A DNA stretch of 64,000 nt from Bdellovibrio sp. Its GTDB lineage: Bacteria > Bdellovibrionota > Bdellovibrionia > Bdellovibrionales > Bdellovibrionaceae. Positions within the stretch are counted from its first letter, which is position 1. The number at the start of each line of letters is the position of its first letter. A program made the position numbers and the translations under genes. Positions 1 through 10,309 of this stretch are shown here, piece after piece. Where the stretch lies: assembly GCA_036676395.1 (NCBI GenBank), contig JAKFCY010000002.1, positions 960,001-1,024,000 on the forward strand, read 5' to 3'. The notes under the pieces are model-generated. The model made no database searches, was not told the origin of the DNA, and saw only the letters and a list, made by a program, of their open reading frames with translations.

Positions 1-153
1 AAAAGTCGTGCGCGAGATTTCACGTAAAGTTAAATTTTCATTTTGGCCTTTGATCGCCTGTAACAAAACTGCATCTAAGCGACCTGCTGGGCGCATAAGA
101 TCTAAAGTGATGCGAAATGAATTGTCTGGTTTGGGTGGTATATTGTCTTCCAT
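1..153 (-). CDS. Partial small protein, S4-like RNA-binding domain (runs off the window's left edge)
   Basis: Not in the ORF track. ATG at 153 overlaps the upstream TAA (TAATG). Reads MEDNIPPKPDNSFRITLDLMRPAGRLDAVLLQAIKGQNENLTLREISRTTF, with the RLD..L and ISR pattern of S4 domains. Confidence 0.55.
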   Translation of the reverse strand, partial: MEDNIPPKPDNSFRITLDLMRPAGRLDAVLLQAIKGQNENLTLREISRTTF

Positions 154-1022
154 TAGAAAATCTCCGATAGCTCATCTATTAATTTCAGAAAGGTTGGATT
201 CTGTTCGATTACGGCTAAATAATCAAACTCTAACGCATCAAGAACGTTTTCGTTGATGCCATTTAGGCGTAAATAAAGCTCTGTGGTGTTAAAGCGAAAC
301 CCAGGGCTAAGTTCGAAGGCATTTTTGCTTAAGTTCTTAAGCGCTTTATGATCAAAAGTTAACTTTGTCACACGAGCCATCTGTTGTTGAGTAAAATGTT
401 CGTTTAAGAAATTGCTGTGCAGATAGGCGAAAATCATAAATTTAAAAACATTTTTTTGACCAACCTCGCTACATAAATTTTTTAAGTGCGTGCGGTCATC
501 GAATTTAGTGAAGAATGAGTTTACTTCAAGAAAAGTTTTGTGAGTCGCATCTTGGGCGTCCATGATGGCCATAAACTCACATGTGTTCGCAAACGACTCT
601 TCTAGTAACATCGCGACTAATTTTGTTTTAAGATCTGTGGCTGTCGCTAATCCAAGACGTGTTGAAATTGAACGGGCAATCGCATGACAAGATTCATGAA
701 ATACATAATTTGCTTTTAGATTTCCGCCGATATGATCCCAATTGATCTGTTGCGGTACTTTTTGATCCAACGCTGAAAGAATATCGGAGTTGTTTTGAAA
801 GTAGATCGTTTTTGAAGATAATAAATTTTCAAGTTGGCTCATCGGAAACGCTAAATACTCTGGTGTTGGTGATGAGGAAAACTTAAAATCAAAAGTTTGA
901 ACCTTTTTTCGAACCGCGCCATAAACTGAATTGTGCGTCACTAAATAGCCATCTCCCAGACTTAATAAAAGTCCTTGGGCCTTTGTGGTTTCGTGTTTTT
1001 GGAGTAGTGCAGTTAACTTCAT
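153..1022 (-). CDS. Hypothetical protein with HExxH zincin-like motif
   Basis: Long ORF with VFHESCHA and a downstream EESFAN glutamate. Start more likely ATG 1022 than 1055. Confidence 0.6.
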   Translation of the reverse strand: MKLTALLQKHETTKAQGLLLSLGDGYLVTHNSVYGAVRKKVQTFDFKFSSSPTPEYLAFPMSQLENLLSSKTIYFQNNSDILSALDQKVPQQINWDHIGGNLKANYVFHESCHAIARSISTRLGLATATDLKTKLVAMLLEESFANTCEFMAIMDAQDATHKTFLEVNSFFTKFDDRTHLKNLCSEVGQKNVFKFMIFAYLHSNFLNEHFTQQQMARVTKLTFDHKALKNLSKNAFELSPGFRFNTTELYLRLNGINENVLDALEFDYLAVIEQNPTFLKLIDELSEIF

Positions 1023-1116
1023 GATTTCATGCAAGAATACGTCACAAAATGCCATTCGACCATGGGGTTTTGACTCTTGTAAAACTTTTACATATTGTTA
1101 AATAAAGAGGTGAGTC

Positions 1117-1632
1117 ATGCGTTTTTTAATTACTGTAGTTTTAGTGTTAGCAACAAGCGGAGTTTTCGCTGGTGAAATCAAATTAAACGAGCCAGCACCG
1201 CTATTTACCGCTAAAACCCAAACTGGAACCGACTTCGACCTTAAAACCCGAAAAGGTAAATGGACAGTTTTATACTTTTACCCAAAAGCCGGAACCCCAG
1301 GTTGTACTCAACAAGCCTGCGCTTTTCGCGACAGTATTCAAAAAATTCGTGATTTAGGCGCAGAAGTTTATGGCATAAGTACTGACACGATTGAAGACCA
1401 GGCCAAATTTCACAAAGAACACCGCTTAAATTTCGATTTATTGGCCGATGCGGATGCGAAAATTACCAATCTTTATGGGTCAAAAATGCCCATCATAAAA
1501 GTTTCAAAACGTTGGACTTTTGTGATCGATCCAGAATTAAAAATCAGAAACGTCATGAAAGATGTAGATCCGGTTTTAGATTCTGAGCGTGTAGCCAGCG
1601 AAATCGCAAAACTGAAAGCTGTCTCAAAATAA
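1117..1632 (+). CDS. bcp: Peroxiredoxin, BCP/PrxQ family, with signal peptide
   Basis: YFYPKAGTPGCTQQACAFRD active-site motif, GAGG RBS, N-terminal signal peptide. Confidence 0.9.
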   Translation: MRFLITVVLVLATSGVFAGEIKLNEPAPLFTAKTQTGTDFDLKTRKGKWTVLYFYPKAGTPGCTQQACAFRDSIQKIRDLGAEVYGISTDTIEDQAKFHKEHRLNFDLLADADAKITNLYGSKMPIIKVSKRWTFVIDPELKIRNVMKDVDPVLDSERVASEIAKLKAVSK

Positions 1633-1670
1633 GCCGTCCAAACCTTTCACAGTTTCAAATAATTTAGTAT

Positions 1671-1698
1671 TTAAGCCATTTGTCCAGCAGACCGATAT
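1671..1698 (+). promoter_or_regulatory. Candidate sigma28 (FliA) promoter
   Basis: TTAAG-N15-ACCGATAT just upstream of the 1345-aa surface protein; consensus is TAAA-N15-GCCGATAA. Confidence 0.55.
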
Positions 1699-1705
1699 AT
1701 ATAGT

Positions 1706-4700
1706 GTGAAGACGTATAGTACGTATGGCCCCCTATTGTCTAAATCTAATGTTATTAGGAATATTTTCCTTTTAATTTTTCTCTTTTCTTTTTCTTCATG
1801 TCACAAAGCTTTATTTGATGCGATGTCGGTTGAATTACCAACTGATATTGCGGGGATGCAGCCCATTATTATTTCTGGCCAAGTTTCAGGTTTAACCGCT
1901 TCAGGGCTTGGATTTAGTACTAAAGCAGTTGCACAGTCAGTTTCAGTGCAATGTACAGACGTGCGGGTTAAACTTTTTCGTTTGCAAAATAATGGAACCA
2001 TCGATGACGCAGCCCCATTAGCTACGACAGGTATTGATAGCAATGGCAAATACAGTTTTGATCTGCATGAGCTTGGCATCGATGATTCAGCAGCGACCGT
2101 AGGCTTGATTGTAAAGGCCGAAAGTTGCGATGGCTCGTTTTTGAATCGTCCGATCACGGGATTTAATAACGAGCAAAATATCGATGTCAAATCAACGGTC
2201 ATCTCTCAAATGGTGAATGCCGGAACATTAGTTCCTAAAAAATTAAATGAAGTACAAAAATCTGAAATTGAAAGTTTACTCAACACAGTGGTTGGCTCAA
2301 CGACAGGAGATGTGATCGATTCTTTAACCAATACACCGGTACCATCGGCGATGTTTACGCAAATTTTTGGAGCTTCGCCGAATGTTATCAAAGATGTAAA
2401 GCCTGAAATTCAATTTGTTCAGCCAATAAGTTTTAATGAACAACAAAATCATGCGCTTACAGTCGCTACCTTTCACGTTGATCCAAATTATTCATTTGTT
2501 TATAAGTGGAAATTAGACGGGGTCGTTCGCTCTTCAGCAAAAACATGGAATTATATTCCGCATGCGAATGCCGCAGGGCCTCACCAAATTGACGTGTATG
2601 TGGGTAAAGATGATGGCGCCGGAGAAATTGATTTAACAAAACCATATTATACAAAATCGTTTATGATTACGATCGCTAATAATATTTTGCCAGTGGCTCC
2701 GAATCTTTCTATTCATGCAAGCACGCCTGCACCACGCACTACAAACTCTATTCAACTTAATATTTCTACTGGTTTAAATATGGCTAACTGTGAGAACTTC
2801 TCACACATGGCATTAACAGACTCGGCAGTGATTCCTGGTATCATGCAATTTAATCTCGATTGCACGACAAGTGGCACACAAACTCTGTTGGTGAATTTTG
2901 ATAACAACGATGGCAATAAAGAATTACACTTATGGGCTATTGATGAAATCGGTACAATTTCACTATCAAAATCAGTCAGTTTTATTCTTGATTCGACAGC
3001 TCCGGTTACGACATCGTTAGTTGTTAATAGTGGTGTATCAAGCACGACAAATAAAAATGTTTTAATCAATTTCAGTGGCAGTGATGATTTATTAAAGCTA
3101 ACTGCATTTTGTTTACGTTATAACAATACAGCACAACCCGCAGTGGGCGATTCTTGCTGGACAACTTTAGATTCTATCAGTGTTCCCACAAGTCAAACCG
3201 TCTCGATTGCCAACTATCAATTTCAATTAGGTTCGGTGGTTGGTGATTATAATGTGACTGTTTGGTGGAAGAATGAAGCAAACCTAATCAGTTCACTCTC
3301 AGGCAATGGCACGGCCAATGTAGATTCATTTGTGATGTCATTTACACCAGATCCACCGCCGACTTTGGCTAACATTGTTGCTGCTGGTTTTGATGAATCA
3401 GTGTCACCACTGGGGGTGAGTGATACTACCGTCACATTTGGTTATGATTTATTTATTAAATGGCAAATTGCGGATAACAATCCAATTCCTGCCGGTAATA
3501 TTTCTTTATATTACACGACCAATGATGTGTCTTACACAACAGTGGCGACGAATTTAAATAATGCGATCAACGGTGATTGCACGATCGCCGGAGCTGAGAC
3601 TGGCTGTTATAAGTGGACTGCGGCGTCTCCGACAAATAGTTATTACCGTATTAAAGTTGTAGTGACAGATTTAGGCGGCGCCATTGTCTTTGAAACATCG
3701 AATCCGTTAAACACGGGCAAAATCAAATTTTTATCCGGAAACACCAGTTTAGGTATTGGCGGTATTGCCACGAACGCCGTTTTATTTTCGCCCGGCGAAG
3801 CCGGTTATAATGACTACGCTGATAATCAATCTCTCGTTGTGACAAAAACAGGTTACGTTTTTTATCGCAGTTATGGCCGAGGTTTAGTTTATGTGTCTCC
3901 GCATGATGGTATTATTCGTGACGTCGCTTTACAAACTGGCACAGCTTCAGGTGATGGCGGCAGTGTTTTTAATGCGACCTTCAGAGACATGAAGCGCATG
4001 GCGATTGATTATGATGATAACGTTATTATCTGGGATTATAACAAAGTCAGAAAAATTGATACCCACACCACGCCGTGGAGTATTTCAACTTTATTTGGTG
4101 GCGGAGCTGATACAGCAGATGGTGCAGATGCCTTATCAGCAAGTATTTCGGCATCGTATTCAGATCAAATCACCGTTACTCCGAATGGGCGTGTGTGGTT
4201 TAATAAATCAAATGAAATTTGGTATTTTGACCCAACAGATTCAAAAATTAAAAAACATATTACAATGACAGGTACAGGAACAGATGACATGGCATCTTGG
4301 CGGGCAACGTTTGATAACGTCGCTTGTTCTGGTTCAAATGCTGCCTTTACATTTACGAAAGCTGATTCGGGCATTACAAAAATTATGCGCCGTATGAGTT
4401 CAAGCACGAGTGCTTCATGCGGATCAGCAGCAGCAAGTTATCCATATTATAATACAAACTTTGATCTTGCTACAGGTGTAGCGACAGCCCCGCATCCACC
4501 GCAAACGGTATGGTCGTCACACAAATTTACTGGTCTTGATGGTAACATCTATGTGCTTAATCAGGGCCGCGGTTCACTGAAAAAATATAATACGGGTACA
4601 AATACGTTTTCAAATGTCGTCGGCGACGGCACCAATGGTCGTTGTGATGATGGCATGCCGGCGATAAGTTGCCCGGTGGTCGTGATGTCAGCGTTTGTGA

Positions 4701-5743
4701 CTGAATTTGGTCGTATATATTTTATTGATCTGGGTGTTTTAAGAACAGTTGATAGCAATGGATTAGTGCAAACGATCGCAGGGCAACCAAGAAACTTCGG
4801 CATTGGTTATAACCCCATCAGTGCACGCTATTCACAAGTCGCATTTTTTGAAAAAATCGCCAATGACATCTATGTTAAAAACGAACAAGAAAATCAAATC
4901 GTAAAATTCTCTTTAACGGGTGGAAACGTACAACATATTGCAGGTAATTCATTACGTGGATCACCAACCATAGCCTCTGCCGCGACTCAGACAAGAATGC
5001 CTAACTGCAGTTGGGGTTTGCCATGCAGTTTCATTGTTGATAGCGCAAATAATCGCCTATATCACTATGCCAGTGGCAACAATGTGGCCTACATCGACCT
5101 AGCTACTGGTCTTTGGGTGACTCAAGGTAGCGGTGTTGTGCAAGATAGTAGTACGCGTGTAAGTTATGTCGGTTTAAATAATGATGGTTTATTAATTTAT
5201 GCGCCGGCGCACTATGGTGTTTCGGGTGATAAGGTCACACTACGTTCAGTAAATCAAAACACTATGGCTAGCACTATTGTTTACGGCCAGAATATAATTT
5301 CAAATTCACTTAGCGGAACAGTTTGTACTGACGTCAGTTCAACCACTTGTACTTTAGCGCATGCTTCTACTGATGCCGTTCAGACGCGGTATAAATTTGA
5401 TTCTACAACGGGGAACTGGCTATTCACGATTCGCGGGCAAAATACGTTATACTCACTGCCTTCGCTGGGTGGGGTTGTAACAGCCTTTGAAACGATGAAT
5501 AATAATTTTATTTCGTATGATTTTTATAAATCAGGCGGGGATGATTTTGTTTTCTACTGCTCAACATCGGGTAACTTGTATAAACGTAATATCACTACAG
5601 ATGTTGAAACAGCACTTCCATTGCCGATTGCTTCAATGTCGTGTGCTTCAAATTCATTATTTTATGATGCGGGCAAAAATTCGTTATTCTTTGCGTATAA
5701 GCAAAATAATCTGTACGGCATTGGTGAGTACACTGACCCCTAA
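1706..5743 (+). CDS. Large surface lipoprotein / adhesin-like protein, Ig-like domains plus NHL-type beta-propeller region
   Basis: 1345 aa, lipobox-like FSFSSC, Ser/Thr/Asn-rich beta segments, paired Cys, repeats such as SGDGGSVFNATF, VQTIAG and VQHIAG. Confidence 0.7.
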   Translation: MKTYSTYGPLLSKSNVIRNIFLLIFLFSFSSCHKALFDAMSVELPTDIAGMQPIIISGQVSGLTASGLGFSTKAVAQSVSVQCTDVRVKLFRLQNNGTIDDAAPLATTGIDSNGKYSFDLHELGIDDSAATVGLIVKAESCDGSFLNRPITGFNNEQNIDVKSTVISQMVNAGTLVPKKLNEVQKSEIESLLNTVVGSTTGDVIDSLTNTPVPSAMFTQIFGASPNVIKDVKPEIQFVQPISFNEQQNHALTVATFHVDPNYSFVYKWKLDGVVRSSAKTWNYIPHANAAGPHQIDVYVGKDDGAGEIDLTKPYYTKSFMITIANNILPVAPNLSIHASTPAPRTTNSIQLNISTGLNMANCENFSHMALTDSAVIPGIMQFNLDCTTSGTQTLLVNFDNNDGNKELHLWAIDEIGTISLSKSVSFILDSTAPVTTSLVVNSGVSSTTNKNVLINFSGSDDLLKLTAFCLRYNNTAQPAVGDSCWTTLDSISVPTSQTVSIANYQFQLGSVVGDYNVTVWWKNEANLISSLSGNGTANVDSFVMSFTPDPPPTLANIVAAGFDESVSPLGVSDTTVTFGYDLFIKWQIADNNPIPAGNISLYYTTNDVSYTTVATNLNNAINGDCTIAGAETGCYKWTAASPTNSYYRIKVVVTDLGGAIVFETSNPLNTGKIKFLSGNTSLGIGGIATNAVLFSPGEAGYNDYADNQSLVVTKTGYVFYRSYGRGLVYVSPHDGIIRDVALQTGTASGDGGSVFNATFRDMKRMAIDYDDNVIIWDYNKVRKIDTHTTPWSISTLFGGGADTADGADALSASISASYSDQITVTPNGRVWFNKSNEIWYFDPTDSKIKKHITMTGTGTDDMASWRATFDNVACSGSNAAFTFTKADSGITKIMRRMSSSTSASCGSAAASYPYYNTNFDLATGVATAPHPPQTVWSSHKFTGLDGNIYVLNQGRGSLKKYNTGTNTFSNVVGDGTNGRCDDGMPAISCPVVVMSAFVTEFGRIYFIDLGVLRTVDSNGLVQTIAGQPRNFGIGYNPISARYSQVAFFEKIANDIYVKNEQENQIVKFSLTGGNVQHIAGNSLRGSPTIASAATQTRMPNCSWGLPCSFIVDSANNRLYHYASGNNVAYIDLATGLWVTQGSGVVQDSSTRVSYVGLNNDGLLIYAPAHYGVSGDKVTLRSVNQNTMASTIVYGQNIISNSLSGTVCTDVSSTTCTLAHASTDAVQTRYKFDSTTGNWLFTIRGQNTLYSLPSLGGVVTAFETMNNNFISYDFYKSGGDDFVFYCSTSGNLYKRNITTDVETALPLPIASMSCASNSLFYDAGKNSLFFAYKQNNLYGIGEYTDP

Positions 5744-6318
5744 GTTTTTAGATTTCCGTTAGCGATAGATTCATCAATCATTTTTTTTGCGACTTCCCAG
5801 AGCGCCGGCAGACCGCCAGCTATCGGTGGTTCACATTTGTTAATGACTTTATCGGCTTTAACATTGTGGTTTTTCCACGAATAACCGCCATTCAGATAAT
5901 TTGAATACAAAGGTAAAAAACGATCAATCGCTGAAACATATTTTGCTTCTGCAGATAGGCCTTCTTCAAACTCATTCCAGATCGATTTAAAATCTTCGGC
6001 GATCAGATCAGGTAATAAACCAAAAATTCGTTCACGCGCTAATGCTTCTTTTTCTTTTTTACTGGATTGGTCGCCGTAAATGATCACATCGCCGGCATCA
6101 ATTTCAACGATGTCATGAAGTAAAGCCATTTTTACAGCTTTATTGATATCTAATTTTACCGGAGACATCTTTTCAAAAACCATAACGGTCATTGCTAGAT
6201 GCCAGCTGTGTTCGGCGGTATTTTCAACACGGCCCCCGACATGAATCGGGGTTTGGCGATCGATAGTTTTTAAACGGTCAATTTCTTTAATGAACGGAAG
6301 TAGATTTTCGAAAATCAT
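5740..6318 (-). CDS. HD-domain phosphohydrolase (YfbR/HDDC2-like)
   Basis: ENTAEHSWH, LLHDIVEIDAGD and IDR motifs. ATG 6318 overlaps the kinase stop (ATGA). Confidence 0.88.
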   Translation of the reverse strand: MIFENLLPFIKEIDRLKTIDRQTPIHVGGRVENTAEHSWHLAMTVMVFEKMSPVKLDINKAVKMALLHDIVEIDAGDVIIYGDQSSKKEKEALARERIFGLLPDLIAEDFKSIWNEFEEGLSAEAKYVSAIDRFLPLYSNYLNGGYSWKNHNVKADKVINKCEPPIAGGLPALWEVAKKMIDESIANGNLKT

Positions 6319-8825
6319 GATAACCACTTTTGTAATGTTTTGTTTAACGAGTTAATATTTACGGGTTTAGAAATATAATCATCCATGCCGGCAGCTATGC
6401 AGCGCTCTTTGTCGCCTGATTGCGCATTTGCCGTCATAGCAATAATCGGAATCGTTGTTGGAATTTTATCACGCTTGCCACTGCGAATAACTTCAGTCGC
6501 TTCAAAGCCATCCATTTCAGGCATTTGGCAATCCATCAGAACTAAATCATAAGGAAACTGTTCTAAAGCAATTAGAGCTTCGATGCCATTACCTACGGTA
6601 TCAACACGATGACCAATTTTTTCAAGCATGGCGCGTGCTACTTTTTGATTAACGAAATTATCTTCAACAACTAAAATTCGACCGACTTTATGTGAAGTGA
6701 TTTCTTGTTCAAAGTGTTGGATGCTGCTGGCATTTTTATTAAGGGATTTCATTAATGAAATCTCAAACCAAAAAACTGAACCTTTGTGTTCTGTGCTGAT
6801 TACGCCGATTTTACCGTGCATCATGTCGACTAAGCGCTTACAAATCGATAAACCTAAACCTGTACCACCAAATTTGCGGCTCATCGTGCTGTCAGCTTGA
6901 GTGAAGGGTTGAAATAATTTTTTTAAATTGTCGCCAGAAATACCAATGCCAGAATCTTGAACCTCAAAGTGAATACTGATTTGTTTTTCGTCATTTGAAA
7001 GAACCGAAGCACTGACTGCAATTTCACCTGCATGAGTAAATTTAATCGCATTAGAGATCAAATTTACTAAAATCTGGCGAATGCGACCCGGATCGCCAAC
7101 GACATTTTCAACTAAAATTGCGGGAATAACAGTTTTTAATTCTAAACCTTTTTGAGTGGCGGTCAGGCGCAAGGTTTTAGTGATATCCTGAACTAAACTT
7201 GAAACTTCGAAATCAATCTTTTCGAGTTCCATTTTGCCAGATTCGATTTTTGATAAATCAAGAATATCATTAATGATGGCAAGTAGACTATCGGCTGAAG
7301 TGCGAATGATTTCGATGTATTCACGTTGCTGCGGCGAAAGACTCGTGTCTAGCACGATATTCGTCATGCCGATCACGCCGTTGATCGGCGTTCTGATCTC
7401 ATGACTCATATTTGCTAAAAATGAGCTTTTAGTTTCAGAAGCTTGTTTAGCTTGTAGCGCAGATTTTTCAAGTTCACTGTTTAAAGTCTTTAATTGAATT
7501 TCGTTGGCTTTACGTTGGCTGATATCAGAAATAAAAGCCGTAAAAATATATTGGTTGTCGATTTTTAGCGGAGTAATTGACAACTCTACCGGAAACTCTT
7601 CGCCAGATTTTTTTAAACCACTGATTTCAATACTGCGATTTAATACAGGGCCTTCGCCAGTCATAATAAAGTGGCTCAAGCCTTTTTCATGCATTTGACG
7701 ATAACGTTCAGGAATAATTAATTCTGACATGCGTTGACCGATGGCCTGATCTTTAGACCAACCAAAAATTTCTTCAGCACGCGGGTTCCATTCAATGACA
7801 AGACCTTTTTGATCCATACCAACGATGGCATCAAAAGCTGATTCTAAAATGGCGCGTAATTTGCCTTCATTTTTACCCACGGCTTCGGTGCGTTCAATAA
7901 CGCGTTTTTCTAATTCAGCATTGATCACCATTAATTTATTTTCGGCTGCGTTCTGAAGTTCTTCAGTTTGATATAAATCGTTAGCCATCTTCCAGACGAT
8001 CACTAAGAAAAACACAATGCTACCCATAACGCGAATTAGAACACCAAAGTCAGCATCGATAAATGCAGCGCGCTCGGCTCTGATCTGAACCCAGTTCACA
8101 ATCGGAGGCACCAAAACAGCCGAAGCCAGTAAAATACGAGTGCTTCGGCCAGCAACCGTTGGTGAAGTTGCAATTTTCATTAAGGCTATATTTTTGCGCG
8201 CGTATAAAAAACCTGTCGTTAAAATTATAAATAAGACCGATGTGTGCAGAGCCATTTGGGTGTAGTAGGCAGCGCCAAAGGTATAGCTGATTCCCAAAAG
8301 ATAACCCAGCAACGCTTGAAACGAGATCAAGAAAGCTAAAAATATTAAATACTGACTGGCTCTTTGCCAGCGTGGTTTTGCGTTAGCACTAAAAAAAACC
8401 GAAACGGCTAGAATTATAAAATTGATAGCCGTAATCGGAGCAAGTCGACCAGCCGGAAAGCGGGCACCTGGGCGTATCGGATCAGTAAATAACAACTCAT
8501 CTATTTCTAAATTAACATCTAGTAGGTATTCAGCCAGCGTCAGCGCGCCGATTAAAAAAGTAAGACTTGCAAAAAAGCGCGCTGATGTACGAATCCATTT
8601 GCTGTTAAGATATTCTTCACTGTCTTGATAGAAGTGTAGTGCTAAGGCTAAAAAAAATAAGCCGATCGCCGTATTGGCTTTCATTGAAATGTAGCCGGGG
8701 AGTACGGTTTTTAGAGTGTCATTTTCTATAACCCAGCCTGTTAAAACTAACAGGCAGACTAACATGGATAATGAAATGCAAAGTCTTACAAAAGAGACTT
8801 TTTTAAGAGAAAACTTACCATTCAT
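6315..8825 (-). CDS. Hybrid sensor histidine kinase (multi-TM, PAS, HisKA, HATPase, REC)
   Basis: FLANMSHEIRTPING, NLISNAIKFT, DSGIG, GGTGLGL, and receiver VLMDCQMPEMDG. Confidence 0.95.
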   Translation of the reverse strand: MNGKFSLKKVSFVRLCISLSMLVCLLVLTGWVIENDTLKTVLPGYISMKANTAIGLFFLALALHFYQDSEEYLNSKWIRTSARFFASLTFLIGALTLAEYLLDVNLEIDELLFTDPIRPGARFPAGRLAPITAINFIILAVSVFFSANAKPRWQRASQYLIFLAFLISFQALLGYLLGISYTFGAAYYTQMALHTSVLFIILTTGFLYARKNIALMKIATSPTVAGRSTRILLASAVLVPPIVNWVQIRAERAAFIDADFGVLIRVMGSIVFFLVIVWKMANDLYQTEELQNAAENKLMVINAELEKRVIERTEAVGKNEGKLRAILESAFDAIVGMDQKGLVIEWNPRAEEIFGWSKDQAIGQRMSELIIPERYRQMHEKGLSHFIMTGEGPVLNRSIEISGLKKSGEEFPVELSITPLKIDNQYIFTAFISDISQRKANEIQLKTLNSELEKSALQAKQASETKSSFLANMSHEIRTPINGVIGMTNIVLDTSLSPQQREYIEIIRTSADSLLAIINDILDLSKIESGKMELEKIDFEVSSLVQDITKTLRLTATQKGLELKTVIPAILVENVVGDPGRIRQILVNLISNAIKFTHAGEIAVSASVLSNDEKQISIHFEVQDSGIGISGDNLKKLFQPFTQADSTMSRKFGGTGLGLSICKRLVDMMHGKIGVISTEHKGSVFWFEISLMKSLNKNASSIQHFEQEITSHKVGRILVVEDNFVNQKVARAMLEKIGHRVDTVGNGIEALIALEQFPYDLVLMDCQMPEMDGFEATEVIRSGKRDKIPTTIPIIAMTANAQSGDKERCIAAGMDDYISKPVNINSLNKTLQKWLS

Positions 8826-8875
8826 ACTAAAAGCAATTTAGATGAGTTTTCTCTCGAGGTATAGCGAAAAAAGTC

Positions 8876-9529
8876 TTATTTAATAACAGCAACCCAAGTC
8901 GCTTCGATACCATATTGGCGCACGAAACGATTAAAGATTTGACCATGATCAGGGTGCATGCGCACACAGCCATGAGAAGCTTTAGTTCCTAATTTTGACC
9001 AGTTGCTTTTAGGAGTGCCGTGGATCGCATAACCTTTATGTAAGAAAACGGCGTAAGGCATGTTGCCTAAACCATTGTAGTCTCCACCTGGATTTGCCTT
9101 TGAAGTGTAAGCATCGTAGATGCGGCCATTGGGGTGGCCTTCCCAAAGGGGAGTTTCATTTTTTGGAGCACCAGTAGAAACTAACCAAGTGTGAGTTAAA
9201 CTGCCTGAAACATAAAGGTAAGCACGTTGTTCGCTTTTTCTAACCTCAATGTAAATCGGGCAGTCGTAACGCTGGCAAGAAATCTCGATAAATGAAGGCA
9301 TTAAGTAAGGTAATTGGCCTGTTTGGCGGATGTACTCTCTATCCATTTCTTGAAGAATTTCTTCAATGTTTTCAGCAGCTGGATCTAATTCTTCGATCAA
9401 GTTTGTTTCTTCGATAGCTGCAGCTTGCGTTGCGAGTTCTTGAGCTTGTGCTTCGCCGAAAACTAAAACAACCGAAAGAAATAACATAACTAAGGCTACG
9501 GTTTTTAAAATTTGTCTTTTCATAATCAT
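8876..9529 (-). CDS. L,D-transpeptidase (YkuD family), exported
   Basis: VSTG, MPYA and AIHGT...SHGCVR catalytic motif, plus signal peptide. Confidence 0.9.
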   Translation of the reverse strand: MIMKRQILKTVALVMLFLSVVLVFGEAQAQELATQAAAIEETNLIEELDPAAENIEEILQEMDREYIRQTGQLPYLMPSFIEISCQRYDCPIYIEVRKSEQRAYLYVSGSLTHTWLVSTGAPKNETPLWEGHPNGRIYDAYTSKANPGGDYNGLGNMPYAVFLHKGYAIHGTPKSNWSKLGTKASHGCVRMHPDHGQIFNRFVRQYGIEATWVAVIK

Positions 9530-9581
9530 CCCCTAAAAGTGAGCTGTTTAATTAATGTGTATGCAAAAGAAATGCAAACGA

Positions 9582-9896
9582 TTAATAAGGACAATGGCGA
9601 CAGCCGTTGCCACAGCAGTAACCGCGCTTCAGATGATATGATTTTGAAAACACCATTAAGCCATTGGTGTCAAAATAGTAATCCGGCTCAACGGGCTCAT
9701 AAGTTAGTGCAGAAGTTTGTGCGTTTATAAATTCATTCAAACACTTAGCGCATAAACAATCGTTAAAATTTTTCGGAATATTTTGCGCGATCGGTAATTG
9801 TAAACACCAGCAGGGCAAAGTGCCTCCAGCGGTTCCCTCATTTACGGCGCCGCAAGAAAACTCAGAATGACACCGCTCACAGATTTTCTTTGCCAT
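9582..9896 (-). CDS. Cysteine-rich CWC domain fused to DUF5522-type domain
   Basis: CERC...FSCG...CWC...CLCAKC followed by DYY...GLMVFS..YHLKRGYCCGNGCRHCPY. Start set at ATG 9896. Confidence 0.8.
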   Translation of the reverse strand: MAKKICERCHSEFSCGAVNEGTAGGTLPCWCLQLPIAQNIPKNFNDCLCAKCLNEFINAQTSALTYEPVEPDYYFDTNGLMVFSKSYHLKRGYCCGNGCRHCPY

Positions 9897-10308
9897 GCGG
9901 CACACACTGCGAAATCCATTCGCCGGCTTGGTAGTAAGCGTACCCATAGAACCACACAAGTTCTGTTTCTTGCTTTGAAACGCTCACTTTGTGTACAAAA
10001 TCTTCTGGAATAACACCATTTACAGAATAACACCAGCCATGTGCTTTCATATCGGTGTCTGAAATAAGTTCTAACTCAGAAGCAATATCGTAAACACTAA
10101 CGATGCCATCGATATCGCCGACAAAAGGAATCTGATTGTTATTAAAAAAATCAACCGAGATTTCGCCAACGGTTTGTGGAAGTGTGACTTCAACAACTTG
10201 AGAAAATAAAATTTCGCTGTTTTTACCGATCACCTTAAATGTTAAAGCATAGCTATACGAACAGACATTAAGTGAAACTAATACAATCAGTGTGGCTAAC
10301 AATCTCAT
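9877..10308 (-). CDS. Secreted DUF4430 (transcobalamin C-terminal-like) domain protein
   Basis: Signal peptide and GWCYSVNGVIP...LVWFY motif. Confidence 0.7.
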   Translation of the reverse strand: MRLLATLIVLVSLNVCSYSYALTFKVIGKNSEILFSQVVEVTLPQTVGEISVDFFNNNQIPFVGDIDGIVSVYDIASELELISDTDMKAHGWCYSVNGVIPEDFVHKVSVSKQETELVWFYGYAYYQAGEWISQCVPHGKENL

Positions 10309-10309
10309 A

